A stretch of DNA of 64,000 nucleotides from Mobula hypostoma (Eukaryota): positions 170,440,001 through 170,504,000 of the forward strand of contig NC_086097.1 in the NCBI RefSeq assembly GCF_963921235.1, in the 5' to 3' direction. Every line of letters starts with the position of its first letter. The stretch's first letter is position 1. Of the stretch, positions 60,841 to 64,000 are shown piece after piece. The notes under the pieces were generated by a model. The model searched no databases, was not told the origin of the DNA, and saw only the letters and a program-made list of their open reading frames with translations. Position numbers and translations under genes: made by a program.

Positions 60841-61779
60841 TGAGGTAAGCTTGCTTGGTTGTCTTCACAAAGGCAGGCCATTAAGGTTTATTGATGTTGT
60901 TGAAGGGTTATTTGTTGGCAAATTGAAACCCTTGTGAATGTGTCATCATTGAAGACCTGACTTGTGCTCTCAGACAAGTTGTCTCTTGGTGTTAAAATCC
61001 ATCGATGAAGGATAAGGAATGGATTTCCTTTTTAAAGCAGCACCACTTCATGTTGCTCTGAATGCCCCAGTGGAAAATTCCTGGTTTCATCTCATTGGAT
61101 CTTTTGATGGTGTGACCAAGAGCTTTTATATAACAGCTGCATCCATAAACTTCATTAAAATAGGACTTTTTAACCCAGCAACAACATCTTAAGGCATTCA
61201 CAGGAGTGTAGTTTGATAACAATTGATTCCAAACCCCATTAAGGGGAGTTACTAAAGAATATGAGCAAATGATAGTGATTGCTCATTGTATTGCCATGGA
61301 TATTGTGAAGAAGAAGTAGTTGAATTTCTAAGGTAGGGGGTTCATCTCTTATCGACAGCAAGAAAGTCCAATTTACTAATTCAATTTTTGGATTACAGAT
61401 TCTCCTATCAAGAGCAGCTAAGGAACTTGGAAGAACTGCTGGAAGGACTTGATGGATCAGGCAGTACCTGTGGAGGCAAAGGGCTGGCTGATGTTCTGGG
61501 TAAAGACCCTCCATCAGGACAGATGTCGGATCTTGACCCAAGGCAGATCCTTATGTAGAATCTCAACTCAACATGTTATTCACCACTTTACATCCACAGA
61601 TAATATTTGATTTACTGAGTTCCTCCAACATCTTGTTTATTGTTGAGGCTGAAGGAAGATTAGCCATGATAGTATTAAATGACAGGGAAGCCTGAGGGGC
61701 CGAGTGGCCTACTCCTGCTATTTTGTTGTGTTCTTATGCTTGTGCTTGTAACAGTAAAGTTAAATGAGCACAACAGGCA

Positions 61780-62605
61780 GGAGAATGGCCAGGAGGGAGG
61801 AAATTCAAATGGATTAAATTGTAGTTATTGCAATGCAAGAGGACTAGCATGAAAGGCAGATGAACCTAGGGCTTGGGTTGCTATGAGGAAAAGGAATATC
61901 ATAGCCATTATGGACACATGGCTAAGATAGGAATAGAGACCACAGGCAAGTGGGAGGCTTTTAAAAGTGAGATGGTGATAGCTCAGTGTTTTTGTGATCC
62001 TGTTAGAGTGAAGGGCAAGGCAAGCAGGAATAGTGAACCTAGATGAAGAGAGATATTGAGGCCCTGGCCAGGAAAAAAGAGGCATGGATCAGCCACAGGC
62101 AGCTGGGATCAAATGAATCCCTGAAGGATTATAAGAGATGCAGAAATGTACTCAAGAAGGAAATCAGGAGGACATGAGATAACCTTGGCAGAGAAGATAA
62201 AGGAAAATCCAAAGAGAATTTTTGAGTATATTAAGGAAGAAGGAATACCTAGAGAGGGAATAGGGCTCCTCAAAGGCAAATAGGGACATCTTTGTGTGGA
62301 GCAGTAGAAGATGGTTAAGGTCCTTAATAAGTATTTCTTTTCTGTTTTTACTGTTGAGAGAAACAAAAATGATCACTTTAAAACTAGGAAAAATAAATAG
62401 GGAGACCTTAGGGGTAATCTGCATTATAGTTGAAGTTCTGGATGCCTTAAACGGTATGAAGGTAGACAAATTTCCAGAGTCTGACCAGGTTTATCCAAAA
62501 ACACTATGGGAGGCTAAAGAAGAAATTGTGGGAGCACTGGATGAGATATTGACATCATCATTAGCAACGGGTGAGGTCTCAGTAGTCTGGAGGGTAGTGA
62601 ATGTT
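61780..62605 (+). mobile_element. Degraded CR1 ORF2 N-terminal and linker fragments
   Basis: NARGL APE start; MKVDKFPESDQVYPKTLWEAKEEI. Confidence 0.7.
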
Positions 62606-62607
62606 GT

Positions 62608-64000
62608 CTTCTTGGTAATCATGTGCTAGGACTTCCTGTCCAATCTCGAAGCTCCTTGCTGTTTCACTCGGCAACTGACTGAACTGTTTATTCTGCACTT
62701 CCCTCCATAGGTCTGGTTTCAGTAGGTCCATACGATATCTCAGATTCCTGCTCATGAACCGTATTGCAGGTATTTGATTTATTGTTGCATGAACAGAGTT
62801 CCAATATACAAAAAAGTTGTCCACCTTGCGCTGAAGAGAAATGTCCTCCTTGTCCATAGCTTTCATGGACTTCTTGAAGGTTTGGATAAACCTTTCAGCC
62901 AACCCATTCGGTGCTGAGTGGTGAAGAGCCGACTTGAAATGTCTGATGCCATTTTTCTTCATGAACCAGTTGGAATTCTTCTGACATGTATTGTAGTCTT
63001 TTGCCACTCACAATTTGTTCTGGTAAGCTGTTTCTGGTAAAGATAGACCTCAGGGTGGAGACAGTCTTTGCTGAGGTGCTTGGTTTCATTGGTATAACCT
63101 CCGGCCACTTCAAATGAACATCCACAGCAATCAGAAATATGGAGTCCATGAATGGCCCAGCAAAGTCCATATGTACTCTTTGTCATGGTGAAGATGGCCA
63201 CTCCCATGGGTGTAACAGTGCCTGTGTGTGGAGGGGGGGGGGTAGGTAAATTTTGAACTTTTTGGCAATCTGAACAGCTTTTAGCCAAGTCTTCGATCTG
63301 CTTATTTATTCCCTTCTCAAACACCTTCTGATCAGTATTGAGCAGCTGTGCCAGTCTCTGGTTTGTGCTACCATTTGGGCTGCCATTGCCTGTTGATGTC
63401 ATACTGAGAGCTTTGAGTGCCAGTCTAGTTAGATTATTCTCAAACATTTATGTCTGAAAAGTGCTGGCCCTCCTCTTTTTAATACATAAAGCTCTAACTG
63501 CTGTGTTTGGCTTCCATACATCACATTTACCTTCAGTTTGCCTTTGGGAGACACTTTTTCACCTCTGTAGGTGATTACCATCACTGGGGTCTTCTCTAAT
63601 GGTATCTTCAAAAACAATCTGTAGTCAGCCTCTGGAATTATGGACAAAGCTGACCCTGTATCCATTTACACCATTGTGATCCAAATGATTTTGTGATCTG
63701 CTACAGCTATACCATGCAGTTTTAGGCATGACAGTTCACCTTTGTTAGACTCTACGTTGTCTGATTCTGTTTTACGTTGAATAAATTTATGCATTTGCTT
63801 AGCTTTGTGTTTGAGACATTTCACTCGGTTGTGCTTTTTGTCTGCCTTGCACATTCTCTAAGTGACCTTGTCTGTGACACATCCTGCGGACTCTTTCTCT
63901 GAACTGACAGTTACTTACATCATGGGAGGATTTACCACATTGATAACATCATTGGCTTTTTGCACCATTCACATGAAACTCACATGAAATCTTGGCCAGA
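62608..64000 (-). mobile_element. Mag-clade-like Gypsy internal remnant (gag knuckle, protease, integrase; RT/RNase H missing)
   Basis: MDTGSALSII; KSCSDCQ; MDFAGPF...KWPEV; HHSAPNGLAERFIQTFK. Confidence 0.83.

Overview
Eukaryotic, transposon-saturated DNA with no identifiable host protein-coding exon, rRNA, true tRNA or CRISPR array. The mix of tRNA-derived V-SINEs with CR1-type tails, abundant CR1 and Rex1 LINEs and Penelope-like elements (PLEs) suggests a cartilaginous fish (ray or shark); this is an inference. Nearly every informative ORF is a retroelement or transposon remnant. The best-supported features are: a complete SCAN-bearing Gmr1-like Gypsy provirus (1151-5953; 829-bp LTRs, AATG TSD) whose pol carries several apparently frame-preserving deletions; a Nimb/I-group LINE with a perfect TSD but no RT; a young CR1; Rex1 copies; a Hero-like RLE element; two related solo LTRs; a mariner-derived palindromic MITE; an unclassified TIR element with a 4-bp TSD carrying a hAT 3' end; and several ~200-bp TSD-flanked PLE fold-back insertions with degenerate minimal hammerhead motifs. 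A few repeat-free islands look like conserved non-coding elements. All family assignments come from motif recognition, not database searches, and boundaries of old fragments are approximate.
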